This document shows positions 51,316 to 61,707 of a stretch of 64,000 nt of DNA, piece after piece. Source of the DNA: Prasinococcaceae sp. CCMP 1430. Its lineage: Eukaryota > Plantae > Prasinodermophyta. The translations under genes were made by a program, and so were the position numbers. The first letter of the stretch is position 1. Every line of letters starts with the position of its first letter. The stretch spans positions 457,911 through 521,910 of the forward strand of contig RQSC01000027.1 in NCBI GenBank assembly GCA_013416795.1. The letters are read 5' to 3'. Under the pieces are notes generated by a model. The model was not told the origin of the DNA and searched no databases. It was given only the letters and a program-made list of their open reading frames with translations.

Positions 51316-51799
51316 AAGTCCATGTCGGACAGGGAGAGCCCCGTTTTAGCCCTGTGGCGCGCCCGCGGGCGCGGCCGGCAGCGTGCTCGCGCCGCTCGGC
51401 GAACGGCTCGCTCTAATATTTCCCGCAAACCCCACATTTTTGTCGCCACACCGTCGGTTCTGGTCTCCCTGATGTCGATCCAAAAGCTTTGAAAACGACG
51501 GCCGAATTTTCGACGCGAATTGCCAGATGCGAGGCGGCCTTGTCCTTTTCGCACGCTTTTCCCGCCGGCTTGCGCGCGGGCGGGCAGCAGCAGCAGGCGA
51601 CGCGCGGCGCCACACGCCGTGCGGGTGCGCGGCGCGCGGGGGCCAGGCGAGCGGGGGCTGCTGAGGTGTCGGCGCCCGAGCGGCTGAGGCTGAGGCTGAC
51701 GCCCAGGCTCAAGCCTCGGCCCAGGCCGAGGTTGCGAGCGAGTGAGCACGAAAAGAGGAGGGGGGCAGGGGGGCGCGAGGCGGGGCTGCTCAAGGGGCG

Positions 51800-52482
51800 A
51801 TGGCGCCGGCCCCAGTGCCGGCCGTGTCGGCGGCCGAGGCTGCCGCCATCGTCACGTCCTACCTGCACGAGAACAACTACGAGCGCACGCTCGCCGCGTT
51901 CTCCGCCGAGTGCCCGCACGCCGCGGGCGTGCAGCTGCGCACCGAGCAGGGCGCGGGCGTGAAGCAGGGCGCGGTCAAGAGCCTCACGTCCATCCTCGGC
52001 GAGTACATCGCCCTGGTGGGCATGCGCGCAACGCTCGGTGGGCTGGCAAACAAGCTCGGCGCCCTCAAGGGCGAGCTGGACCTTGCCGTTGCTGCTGGTC
52101 GACCCGCAGCCACCAAGAGCTCCACGGCGGCCAAAGCACCAGAAGCGGCGCTGGCTGTGCCGGGCGCGCCGCTCGCGCGGCCGGGGGAGCGAGCGCAAGC
52201 GGCCTCAACGGCTGGTCCTTCTGGATCAGGGGCTGGCGATCACCACCGAGCAGCGCCTGGTGCGAACGGCGCCGCGGACGAGCTGCAGCAGCAACAGACG
52301 GGGAATGCGCACCACACCAGGCCGGTGGTCTCTGCCGTCGAGCGCGCGTCGCTGGAAGAGCAGCAGCGAAGGCAGCGGCTGGCGCTGCGAGGAGGGGGTG
52401 CTGGCGATGGCGGAGAGCACATCGGCGTCGATGGCACGGTGAATGCAGTGGGAGCCGGAGTGGCGACAATGCCGCAGCAGCC

Positions 52483-52536
<54 letters not shown>

Positions 52537-53080
52537 TGAGCAGTTGCTCACGCCCAGCAGGACTCCCGGTGGAAACTCGCGAAAGCGGCGCAAGCCACGA
52601 AAGCGGTCGAACAACTCGGCGCAGCAGTCGCTGAATTTCGGCGGCGCAGGCGCGGGCGCGGGCGTCGGCGGAACAAGCGCAGGCGGGCCGCACGCCGGTG
52701 GGGGGATGAACATCGTTGGAGGGCCTGGCGGTGCGGTCGACCAGCTCCTCACTCAGCCTGTGAACGAGGACACTTTCAAGGCGCTGCTGTCCAACGAGGG
52801 ATTTGCGCAGCGCCTTGCGGCGCATCTCACTAACGCGCATGGCTTCAGCGGGCCGTCGCCTGCAGCCCCGGCCGGTTGTGTCGCGCCATCCTCATCTGGC
52901 GCCCAAGACATAGCAAGTGCGTTCGGCGACTCGCCGCTCGGACGACAGCACGCGCCACGCGGCGTTGACGACGCAGTGGACGTGCTCGGCGACCCGCTCG
53001 CGCTGCTCACAAACGAAGACCTCGCGTCGCTGCTGGAGGAGACGGTTGGCTACGGGGCGACGCCATTCGTGGCCAGATGA
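51800..53080 (+). CDS. LisH-domain protein (NPAT-like N-terminus) with polyQ and NLS
   Basis: AAIVTSYLHENNYERTLAAFSAEC...KSLTSILGEYI, followed by a short coiled coil, a polyQ tract and SRKRRKPRKR. Confidence 0.7.
52484..52534 (+). repeat. (CAG)17 coding microsatellite (polyQ)
   Basis: Perfect CAG run read from the sequence. Confidence 0.92.
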
Positions 53081-53259
53081 CGCTGTAAATGGAAAACTGC
53101 AAGTTGGATACCTTACGCCGGATGTGTGTGTGTGGGGGGGGGGGGGGCGTGGGAGGAGGGCGTTTTTGTGGGTTTTTATGCCCGAGCGTTCCCAGTATCC
53201 CAACTGCCTTTTCCGCATCTCATTAGTGTTGGTTGAATTCGACCCGATGATGCACGCAC

Positions 53260-55572
53260 TCAGTCCTCGTCCTCTTCGTCGCTGTCACTCATCATCATGC
53301 CGCCCTCGGCGTCATCGTCGCCGAGCGTGTTCATGAAGCCCATGTCCTCAATGTTCTCCTCCTTCTCCTCCGCGCCCCAGCCGAGCGCAGTCACGAACAT
53401 GTCGACCTTGCCGCCGGGCACAATGATGCCCTTGAAGGTGGACTTGCCGTTGACGAGCTTGTCCAGGTTGAAGAACTGCTCGTCGCCGATCTGCTTGGTG
53501 CCCTGGTTCATGAAGAACTTGCCCGAAAGGCGGTCCTTGGATGGGTCGGTCACGCCGAGGATCACCGTCTGGTCCCACTGCGGGTCCAGGCCGCGCTCGG
53601 TGCGCGTGGTGAACGACTGGTCGCCGATGGCCACCGTGGCCGTGCAGTCGGGCTTCTCGATGCCGTACGCCTTGGTGTCGATCTTCTTGACGTTGCACAT
53701 GGCGAGCTCGACCTGGAGCTTGTACGGGGCATCACCAGAAAGATCGACGGGGCCATCGGTGGCGAGCTCCCCCTCCTCCTTGGCGTCCTCCTTGGCGTCG
53801 GCCTCGGCGTCCTCGGCCGTCGACTCCTCCCCGCTCGTCTTTCCCTCCGCCGCGCCGTTCTCCTTCGCGGCCTTCTTGGGCTTCGGCTCGTCAGGATCGA
53901 CCCACTCCTCGCCGCGCTCTTCAGCGGCCTTCTTCGCAGCGAGCTTTTCCTCCTGCTTTTTGATGAAGTGCGTCTGCTTCTCCCTGATGGCCTCCATGGA
54001 AGCGCAGACCTCGGAGACCTTGACGGGCACGTCGAGCTTGAGCGTCGCAAAGCTCGCGTAGGTGTCCATGGCGTGGGTCAGGCTCGCGTCCTTGGGCTTG
54101 TCCTTCTTGCCCTTCTTGCCCTTCTTCTTGCCGCCGCCACCCATGAAGAAGACGTCCTCGTCCCGCTTGCGCGCCACGAGGCCGTCCAGCGCGCTGAAGT
54201 CCTTCGGAGCGTCCTCCTTGACGGCCGCGGGAGCGGCGTGCTTGTCGAGGAGCGACTGCATGTAGGTGAGGAGCGATTCGCACTCGTAGAGCTCCTTGGC
54301 GTAGGGCGGGGGCGCCATCTCGGCGAGGCGCTTCTTCTTCTCCAGATCGCGCTCCTTGCGCTGCGCGACGCGCTCCTCGTACTCGGCCTGGCGGCGCTCC
54401 TTGTCTTGCGCGCGGAACTCGCGCTCAGCCGAGTAGTACTTGTCCTCCTCCTTGCGGAAGTCGTCGCGCAGCGCGCGCATCTGCTCGCCGACCTCCTTGA
54501 GCTCGGTGTAGGTGGCGTTGCGCTCCTCGGCCATCGCGGGCACATCCGCCATCTTCTCATCCTCCTGCTTGCGCTGGTCGTCGAGCTCCTTCTTCGCTTC
54601 AGCCTCCACGACCTTCAGCGCGTTGATCTCGGCGTCCTTGGCCTTCATGCGCGCGAAGACGTCCTGGCGCGCCGACTCGTCCTCGCTCACCTTCGACATC
54701 TTGGCGTCGTACTCGGCCACGAACTCGCGGCTCTTGCGCAGCTGGCCGATCTGCTCGATCTTCTTCTTCTCCTCGGTCAGCGAGAGCGACGTGTGGCCCA
54801 GCTGGTGCTCCAGCTTGGCCACCTCCTCGTCGATGCGCTCCACCTTCACAATGGAGAGCTTCTCCTTGAGCGCCTTGGCGTCGGCGCGCACCTGCTCGCG
54901 GCGGGCGTCGGCGGCGTTGAGCTCCGCGCGAAGGGCCTAAGATGCCGGATTCCACGCGTGTGCGCGAGGCGCGAGCGGGCGCAGCGGCACGTGGCGTCAG
55001 CCTGGGCCCCAGAGCGCACAGGCGCGCAGCAGCTGTTGATGGTGCCTGGGGTTCGTCGACGTTGCACGCACGGGCGCGGCGCGGGGCAGAGCGCCCCCGG
55101 GGCGGCTCGCCCCCCAAGGCCGCGCCTCGACCGATCGGCACGTGCGCTCGATCGGCCAGTCGGGCGCGGCTAACCGCTGCGCGCCGATACGCGCGCCTGC
55201 GCAGCTCGGCCTCGGAGTCTCGCGCTTGCTCGGGCGCGATCTCGCGCACCGCACCTTCTTCTCGTCGATGAGCGTCTTGAGCTTGGCACGCGTGTCATTG
55301 AGCTTGGTGCGCCCGGCCGTGTAGGCGCCGTCACCCCTGCCGGCGCGCGCGTCGCGCTTGGCCGCGATGGCCGCCTTGAGCTCCTTGATACGTGCCTGCT
55401 TGGCGTCGGCGACCGTCTGCAGCGCCTCGAGCTTCGCCTCGAAGGCGGCCTTGTCGGGCTTGGGCAGGCGCACAACCCTCTTCTTCTCGGCCTTGGCCTC
55501 GGCTTTGGGGGCGGCGGCGGCCGCGTCTGCGCCTTCCGCCGCCACCGCAGCGTCCTGAGCCTCTGCCGCCAT
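53260..55572 (-). CDS. BFR1/proton-pump-interactor-like coiled-coil protein with a C-terminal C2 domain, two exons
   Basis: Exon 55572-55255, intron 55254-54937, exon 54936-53260. Motifs VRLPKPD, LEHQLGHTSLSLTEEKKKIEQIGQL, PYAKELYECESLLTY and KKGKKGKK. C2-like: YKLQV...KPDCTATVAIG...FTTR...DPQWDQT. Confidence 0.75.
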
Positions 55573-56392
55573 CGCGCCCGGCGGTCAGACGCCGCGACGG
55601 CGCCGCGCCGCGCGCGGTGGGTGGAAGGGAGGGAGAGGGGGAGAGGGGGAGAGGGGGTGGGGGAGGGGGATAGACTCGCGCGCCGATCAGGCACGCGTGT
55701 GGCGCACCGCCCGCCCCGCCCCGCCGGCCCGCGCGCCCGGGCAAGGAGAGCGGCGAGCGCTGGGGGTCCGCTCCACCACCACCACCACCACCCGACCGAC
55801 GCGACGAGCAAGCAGCCCCGTCGCGCCTCTCACCCACCTACCCCCACGCCCACCTTCCCTCCCCATCGGATCGCCGCGGCCCGCCGCGGCTCGCCACCAG
55901 CCGCCAGCGGCGGGTGTTGGCCCTCGGATCGCACGCCTGCGATTTGATGATGCGACGGGGCGAAAGGCACGTCAACATGCATGCATTCCTGGAGGCATAT
56001 GCCGATGCGACCGCGCCGCGCGCCGCGCGCGTGCGCCCGGCCGCGCTTTCGACGCCGCTTTTCGGAGCCGGCGCGGCGCGGGGGGCTCGCGGGTGCCCGC
56101 GTGATGTCATATACAATTTTGGAATTGCGAAAAATTTTGGTCAATGCGCAAACGGACGGAATTCGGCATCGAATTCCGCGATACGCCAGCGCGCCCCGCG
56201 ACCGCGCGTTGGCGCCGCCAAACAGGTGTCCCGCGCTGGGGTAAAGGTTACCACCCGGGGTATGAGGTACGGATATAGGGTTACTTTTCATTAACCCTCG
56301 ACAGACCCAAATAAGAGGCATCGCGTGGGATCCGTCGCGTCAATTCGAATTCGCACGGTCACGTACCTCCGGCCGGAGCTCTCGTCGTACCC

Positions 56393-56531
56393 TTACTCCT
56401 GCTCCGCCCCCCGCCGGGCAATTCGCCCGGCCGCCTCGGAGCCATCGATGCCGCGGGGCCGCGTGCACATCTCGATGCCATCGATCGATTCGGCGCGCTC
56501 ATCATCACACTCAGCAACGGCCAACGGATTG
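56393..56531 (-). other. Possible terminal exon of a small unannotated gene
   Basis: After a CAG acceptor it reads (C)NPLAVAECDDERAESIDGIEMCTRPRGIDGSEAAGRIARRGAEQE*. Coding-like composition but no recognised homology. Confidence 0.25.
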
Positions 56532-57441
56532 CTGTTGTCCGTTTGTTGTGTGGGTGGTATCGTCGATGTGTGTGAATTCCGTGTCTGTTGTGTGTACGTG
56601 CATCAGCAGGAGCTGCAGCAGTCGTCGTGGACGCCGGCCTCTCCGTCTCCCCATCGTCTCCCGGATGTGGTGGGGCGGGCGCCGCGCGCTGAGGGCGCGC
56701 GCACTCGCCTTGCTCTCGCCCTCGGTGATCAGGTCCTCGGCACAGTCGTTTGCAGGCCGCCGGTGCCGCGGCGCGGGGCACGCGCCGCTCCGCCGCGCCC
56801 GGCCGAGCGAAGACGAAAACGAAAACGAAAACCGCGCGCCTTTCGAAAACTCCGCGGCCGGGCGCGCTTCGAGGGGGGTGCGAACGCGCGCGTTCGAAGC
56901 GCGCGCGCGCGAAAACGAAAACGTCATACCGCGATTTTTGTCGCGCGCGCGCGCGGCGCCCCTCTCCTAAACACGCCGGTTGGCCGGTGCGAGCGTCGCG
57001 CGCTTCCGAGGTATCGCACAAGGCGCGGCCGCCGCGCCCGATCTCATCCGTTCGCGGGGTTTCGCGGACGGCCGAGCGCGAAATGGGAGGTGCGCGGAGG
57101 GTGCTTCGGCAGGGAATACATCCGGGGTATGAGGTCAAGATGATGCGTTGAGCGCCCATTTCGGCGAGCGCGACGCCGCGGCTTTCAGCGGGGGCGCGCG
57201 GCGCGCGAGCGCGCGCGCGCGCGCCCCCCGCCCCCGACCCAGGGGCTTCCCCGGTGGCCGCCCCGGGAGCCTCCGCTCGCACCGGGATCGTCCCTCCGTC
57301 AGACCGGGGTCGTTGGGTCGTTCGAGGGCAGCGGGAACGGCACACTCGGCCGCAGCGCCCAGGGTCGGGGTCGTCGGGGTCGGGGTCGGGTCGCGCGCAC
57401 GGGGAGGATCCGGCGAGCGCGCGCGCGCGCGCGCGCGCGGG

Positions 57442-57899
57442 NNNNNNNNNNNNNNNNNNNNNNNNNNNNNNNNNNNNNNNNNNNNNNNNNNNNNNNNNNN
57501 NNNNNNNNNNNNNNNNNNNNNNNNNNNNNNNNNNNNNNNNNNNNNNNNNNNNNNNNNNNNNNNNNNNNNNNNNNNNNNNNNNNNNNNNNNNNNNNNNNNN
57601 NNNNNNNNNNNNNNNNNNNNNNNNNNNNNNNNNNNNNNNNNNNNNNNNNNNNNNNNNNNNNNNNNNNNNNNNNNNNNNNNNNNNNNNNNNNNNNNNNNNN
57701 NNNNNNNNNNNNNNNNNNNNNNNNNNNNNNNNNNNNNNNNNNNNNNNNNNNNNNNNNNNNNNNNNNNNNNNNNNNNNNNNNNNNNNNNNNNNNNNNNNNN
57801 NNNNNNNNNNNNNNNNNNNNNNNNNNNNNNNNNNNNNNNNNNNNNNNNNNNNNNNNNNNNNNNNNNNNNNNNNNNNNNNNNNNNNNNNNNNNNNNNNNN
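57442..57899. other. Assembly gap (458 N)
   Basis: Run of N, preceded by a long (CG)n tract. Confidence 0.99.
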
Positions 57900-57900
57900 C

Positions 57901-59800
57901 GCCGGCGGCTGGCTGTTGGGCTCGGGGGGCGGCGCGGGAAACGCGCAGGCGCGCGGCCCGCCGACGGCCGCAATCGCGGGGGTGGCGCTCGCGGCGCCCG
58001 TGTCCATGTACACGGTCAGGGGAGGCGACTCCGTGTACTCGATAGCGCGCAGGCACGGCACGACGCCAAGGTGAGGGCGCCCGCGAGCGAGCCGCCGCGC
58101 CGAAAAAGAGCAAACCGCGCGGGCGCGCCGGCGACAGAACCTACTCCCACCGACGTCGCAACCGCTCCCAGCTCGCGGGCACGCGGGCGCGCCTGTCGTC
58201 GCGATGGGCAGCGCTCGTGCGCAGGCCCATTTATGCACGCGCCCGGAGGGGGGGGGGAGTCCACCCGGCATTGCGCCACCTCGCCCTGCGCGAGCGCGCC
58301 CGCGTTTGAACTCTCGGCCAAGTGCAGCCCACACCATGTCGGCCCGCTGACCCTGACACGATGCCCACGGCTGCCCCCTCGTGCTCGCTCGCGCGCCCGT
58401 GACCCACTCGGTTCGTGTGCAGGCGCATCATGAACGCGAACCCGGCGCTGAGGAGGCCGGAGCTGCTGAGCGTGGGCGCGACGCTTGCGATCCCGCGCGC
58501 GCGCTCTCCTTCTCCTATCTCCGAAGGCAGGGCGTCCCCGCGCGCGGGGCGGTACAAGGCGGGGCCACGGCGCATTGAGACGGACCCGCCCTCGACGACG
58601 GTGCGCGTGATGGCCGGCCAGACCCTCGGCAGCATCGCCGCGCAGCACGGGGTGACGGTGGACGCTCTGCGTGAGATAAACTCCCTGCGCGACCAGGACG
58701 TCCTGTACCCGGGGGAGAGCCTGCTGGTGCCGGGCAAGGTGCGGCGGGGCAATTTTCTGCAGCGGGGTTCGCAGGACAGGTTCAGCCCATCGATCGCGCT
58801 CGCGCGCAAGGGGGTGGAGCTGTCGAAGCACGGGGCACGGGTTGTGCGCCGGTCGGCGAGCGTGTGGACGCGCGTCGCTCGACAGAAAGTCGAGGACGCG
58901 GGGGCCGCACTCGACGCCGGGCGCGCGCAGAGGGAGAGGCTACAGCAGCCGCGCAGGTACACGGTGCGGCAGGGCGACTCCATCGTGGCCGTCGCCGCGC
59001 GCTATCGCATGGACGAGCGCCGAATCCAGCTTTACAACGGCCTGCGATCTGAGAACCTCGAGGAGGGGCAGGAGCTCTTCGTGGACCCGCCGCCGCTCGC
59101 GCACAGGTCCTTCCGTCAGACCGAGGAGTTCGCTTGCAAGTCCGACATGGTGGCGGACCAGTCGCACGGCTTGCGGGCGGCGCGTCGGACGCACAGGCGG
59201 AGGCTGCTGCGGACGTCGTACGACAAAGCGCTGGGCGCGCGTGAAACGAAGTCGGTGGCGGAGGCGGCGTGGGTGGCGGGGGTGGGCGACGACAGTGCTG
59301 CTGCGGTGTGCTCGAAGGCGAGGCGCCTCAAGCTTCGCGTGAAGCTTACGGGGCTCGGTACGCGCTGGACGAAGCTGCGCCAGCGCCAGCGCGCGATCGC
59401 GGGCAAGGAGGCCGCGGCGCGCACGCGCCCGCGGCTGTACAACCCGTGCGAGTCGGGCTTCGTGAGCTCGCCGTTCGGATGGCGCTGGGGGCGCATGCAC
59501 GAGGGGGTCGACCTCGCCGCCGAGACAGGCACGGAGATTCGAGCGGCGCAGGACGGCTTCGTGGCGTTCTCGGGCTGGCGCGGCGGCTACGGCAAGCTGC
59601 TCGAGATCACGCACACCAACGGCTACTCGACGCGCTACGGCCACTGCGACTCGCTCAAGGCCATGGCCGGGCAGCCGGTCAGGCGCGGGCAGAAGGTGGC
59701 GACTGTGGGCGCCACCGGCGCGTGCGAAGGGCCGCACCTGCACTTCGAGGTGCGCAAGAACGGCGTGCCCGAGGACCCGGAGCAGCTGCTCCGCCTTTGA
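57901..59800 (+). CDS. Three LysM domains plus an M23 metallopeptidase (DipM/NlpD/MepM-like peptidoglycan hydrolase); N-terminus in the gap
   Basis: LysM1 is split by intron 58071-58422 (YTVRGGDSVYSIARRHGTTP|RRIMNANPAL...LSVGATLAIP). LysM2: VRVMAGQTLGSIA...YPGESLLVP. LysM3: YTVRQGDSIVAVA...GQELFV. M23: SSPFGWRWGRMHEGVDLAA, GYGK, TRYGH and GPHLHFEVR. Confidence 0.93.
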
Positions 59801-60156
59801 TGAGACTGGGCACTCGTCGAGCTCCTGTTGGGATGGAGCGAGCGTGCCCTAATGATGGCCACTATGACGCCAGCGTGTTTGCTCTAGTATGCTGGCGGCG
59901 CGCGCGCGCCTAGCCGCAGCCGAGGCCTTGGACGACGTAAATATGGCCAAATTCTCTGATTAGGTCGAGAGCGACGTGCGATGCCTGGCGCGCGATGGCG
60001 CGCGCCAGGCCTACGCATGCTCGCGTCGCCCCCCGCGAGCCTAGCCTACGACAGAGGCGCCGCGGTGAGCAAGGCAGCGGCGCGTGCACGCATGCGCGCG
60101 CTCATGCGCGCGCGCGCATGCGCGCACGCGCCGTTGCCGGCATGCTTGGTGCGTCA

Positions 60157-61029
60157 TCAGTCGTCCTTCTTCTGCCGTGTGTAGTACACCGGCCTAGACG
60201 TGTCGCTGTCCGCTGCCGAGCCGGACAAGAAACCGCGCAGGCTGGGGAAGCGGCCGTCGCGCAGGAAATTGGCGTAGTCCGCGGCGGTCGCGCCGGGCCC
60301 GTCCTCGTCCTCGTCGTCGTCTTCATCCTCGTCCTCGTCCACGCCGTCCCTCTCGCCCAGCTCCTTGCCCTCGCGGTCGCCGCCCATGACGCTGCTGAAG
60401 CGATTCGCGATCTCGGCCTGGCGCCTCGCGCCGGCAGCAGCTGCCGCCGCCTCCCTCGCGCGGCGAGCTTCGCCTCCGCCGGTGAGAAACGGCAGCGCGG
60501 AGCGAGCGTAGTAGAGCGATGCCGCGAGCAGCGCCCCTGCGACGGCAGAGCCGAAGTTCCTCCCCGTGTTGGCGTCAGCCGCGGCCTTGATGTGCACGCC
60601 GGCGGGCACGGCCAGCTCCGTTGCGATCTTCAGCTTGTCGGGAGCAGCGGCGAGCGACGGGTTGAGCTCGATGAGCAGGTCGGTGCTCGTGCCCCCCCGC
60701 CGCGCAATGCTGTAGAGCGTGTCGCCCTTGCGCACGGTGTACGTGTCGTCGGACCGCGCGAGGGGCGCGGAGGCGCCCTCGCTCGAGGCCTGCCCCTGGG
60801 CGCCCGCCTTGCCCCAACCGAACAGCGCCGCGCAGCGCGTGCGCCGCTGCCGCCGGTGCCGCCGCGATGGCGAGCTGGTGTTGACGTATTTGTCCGCCGT
60901 GGTGCTCGCTCTGTGCGCCGCCGCCGCCGCGCGCCGCGCGCCTTTCAAACGGTCAAAAAAAACGACGAGAGCGAAATTGATGGCCGCGCAGCGCCGCGAC
61001 GCCCCTTCGCACGCAGGCGCCGCGGCCAT
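60157..61029 (-). CDS. Single-LysM protein with a transmembrane helix and acidic tail; putative plastid transit peptide
   Basis: YTVRKGDTLYSIARRGGTSTDLLIELNPSLAAAPDKLKIATELAVP, then the TM-like FGSAVAGALLAASLYYARSALPFL and a D/E-rich tail. Arg/Ala/Ser/Thr-rich N-terminus. Confidence 0.82.
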   Translation of the reverse strand: MAAAPACEGASRRCAAINFALVVFFDRLKGARRAAAAAHRASTTADKYVNTSSPSRRHRRQRRTRCAALFGWGKAGAQGQASSEGASAPLARSDDTYTVRKGDTLYSIARRGGTSTDLLIELNPSLAAAPDKLKIATELAVPAGVHIKAAADANTGRNFGSAVAGALLAASLYYARSALPFLTGGGEARRAREAAAAAAGARRQAEIANRFSSVMGGDREGKELGERDGVDEDEDEDDDEDEDGPGATAADYANFLRDGRFPSLRGFLSGSAADSDTSRPVYYTRQKKDD

Positions 61030-61707
61030 TCACTGCATCGTTAAAAAAAAAAAAAAAAGATATCGGCGGCCCGCAGCTCAGCGCGAGCTTGGGTTGGTCG
61101 GTTGGTTGCGTTTGTTCGTTGGGGGCGCGGAGCCGCGACGCGCGCGTGCGCCGGCCGGGGCCTCGCTCGCCCCGACCGGCTGACTGAGGGGGGATCCGAT
61201 GGGATCCGCGGGGGGCGCGCGCGCCGGGCCGCGCGGAGCACGTGGCCCACGAAGCGGATCAATCATCCTGCGTGGCCTCCAGCCAGCCAGCCAGCCAGCC
61301 GGCCACAGCTACCGACCGAGCGAGCAACGGACGGAGCAAGCAAAGAAACGACGAAGAGAAAAAGAAAAAAAAAGGAGCGAGCGAGCGAGCGCGCGCGTGC
61401 GCGCGTCCGGGCCGTTTTCCCATGTTTCTCATGGGCTTGGCTCTCACCTGGACGAACGGGAATGCGTCATCTGCCCCGCGCACGAATCGAGCGCCGGGAA
61501 GGGGGCACGCACCCCGCCGGCCGATCGCCGCGCGTTTTGAGCGCGCGCGCCGCGCGGGCGGTCAAAGAGCGCGCGCTGCGCGCGCCGCGCGCCGCCGCCT
61601 CCGCCCTCCCTCCCTTCCTCTCCCTGTCGTCGGTACCTTTGCTCTCCTCGAGAGGCGCAGCGGCGCGCGCCCGGCGCACGCCGCAGCCGGCCCCCCCGCA
61701 GGTGGCC

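Noticed and set aside
21808-53080. A functional cluster of transcription and RNA-processing genes (ICE2-like, SF3A1, NUP50, RPAP1, LisH)
   Set aside because: They are interspersed with unrelated genes over 30 kb, and nuclear housekeeping genes are common enough to co-occur by chance.
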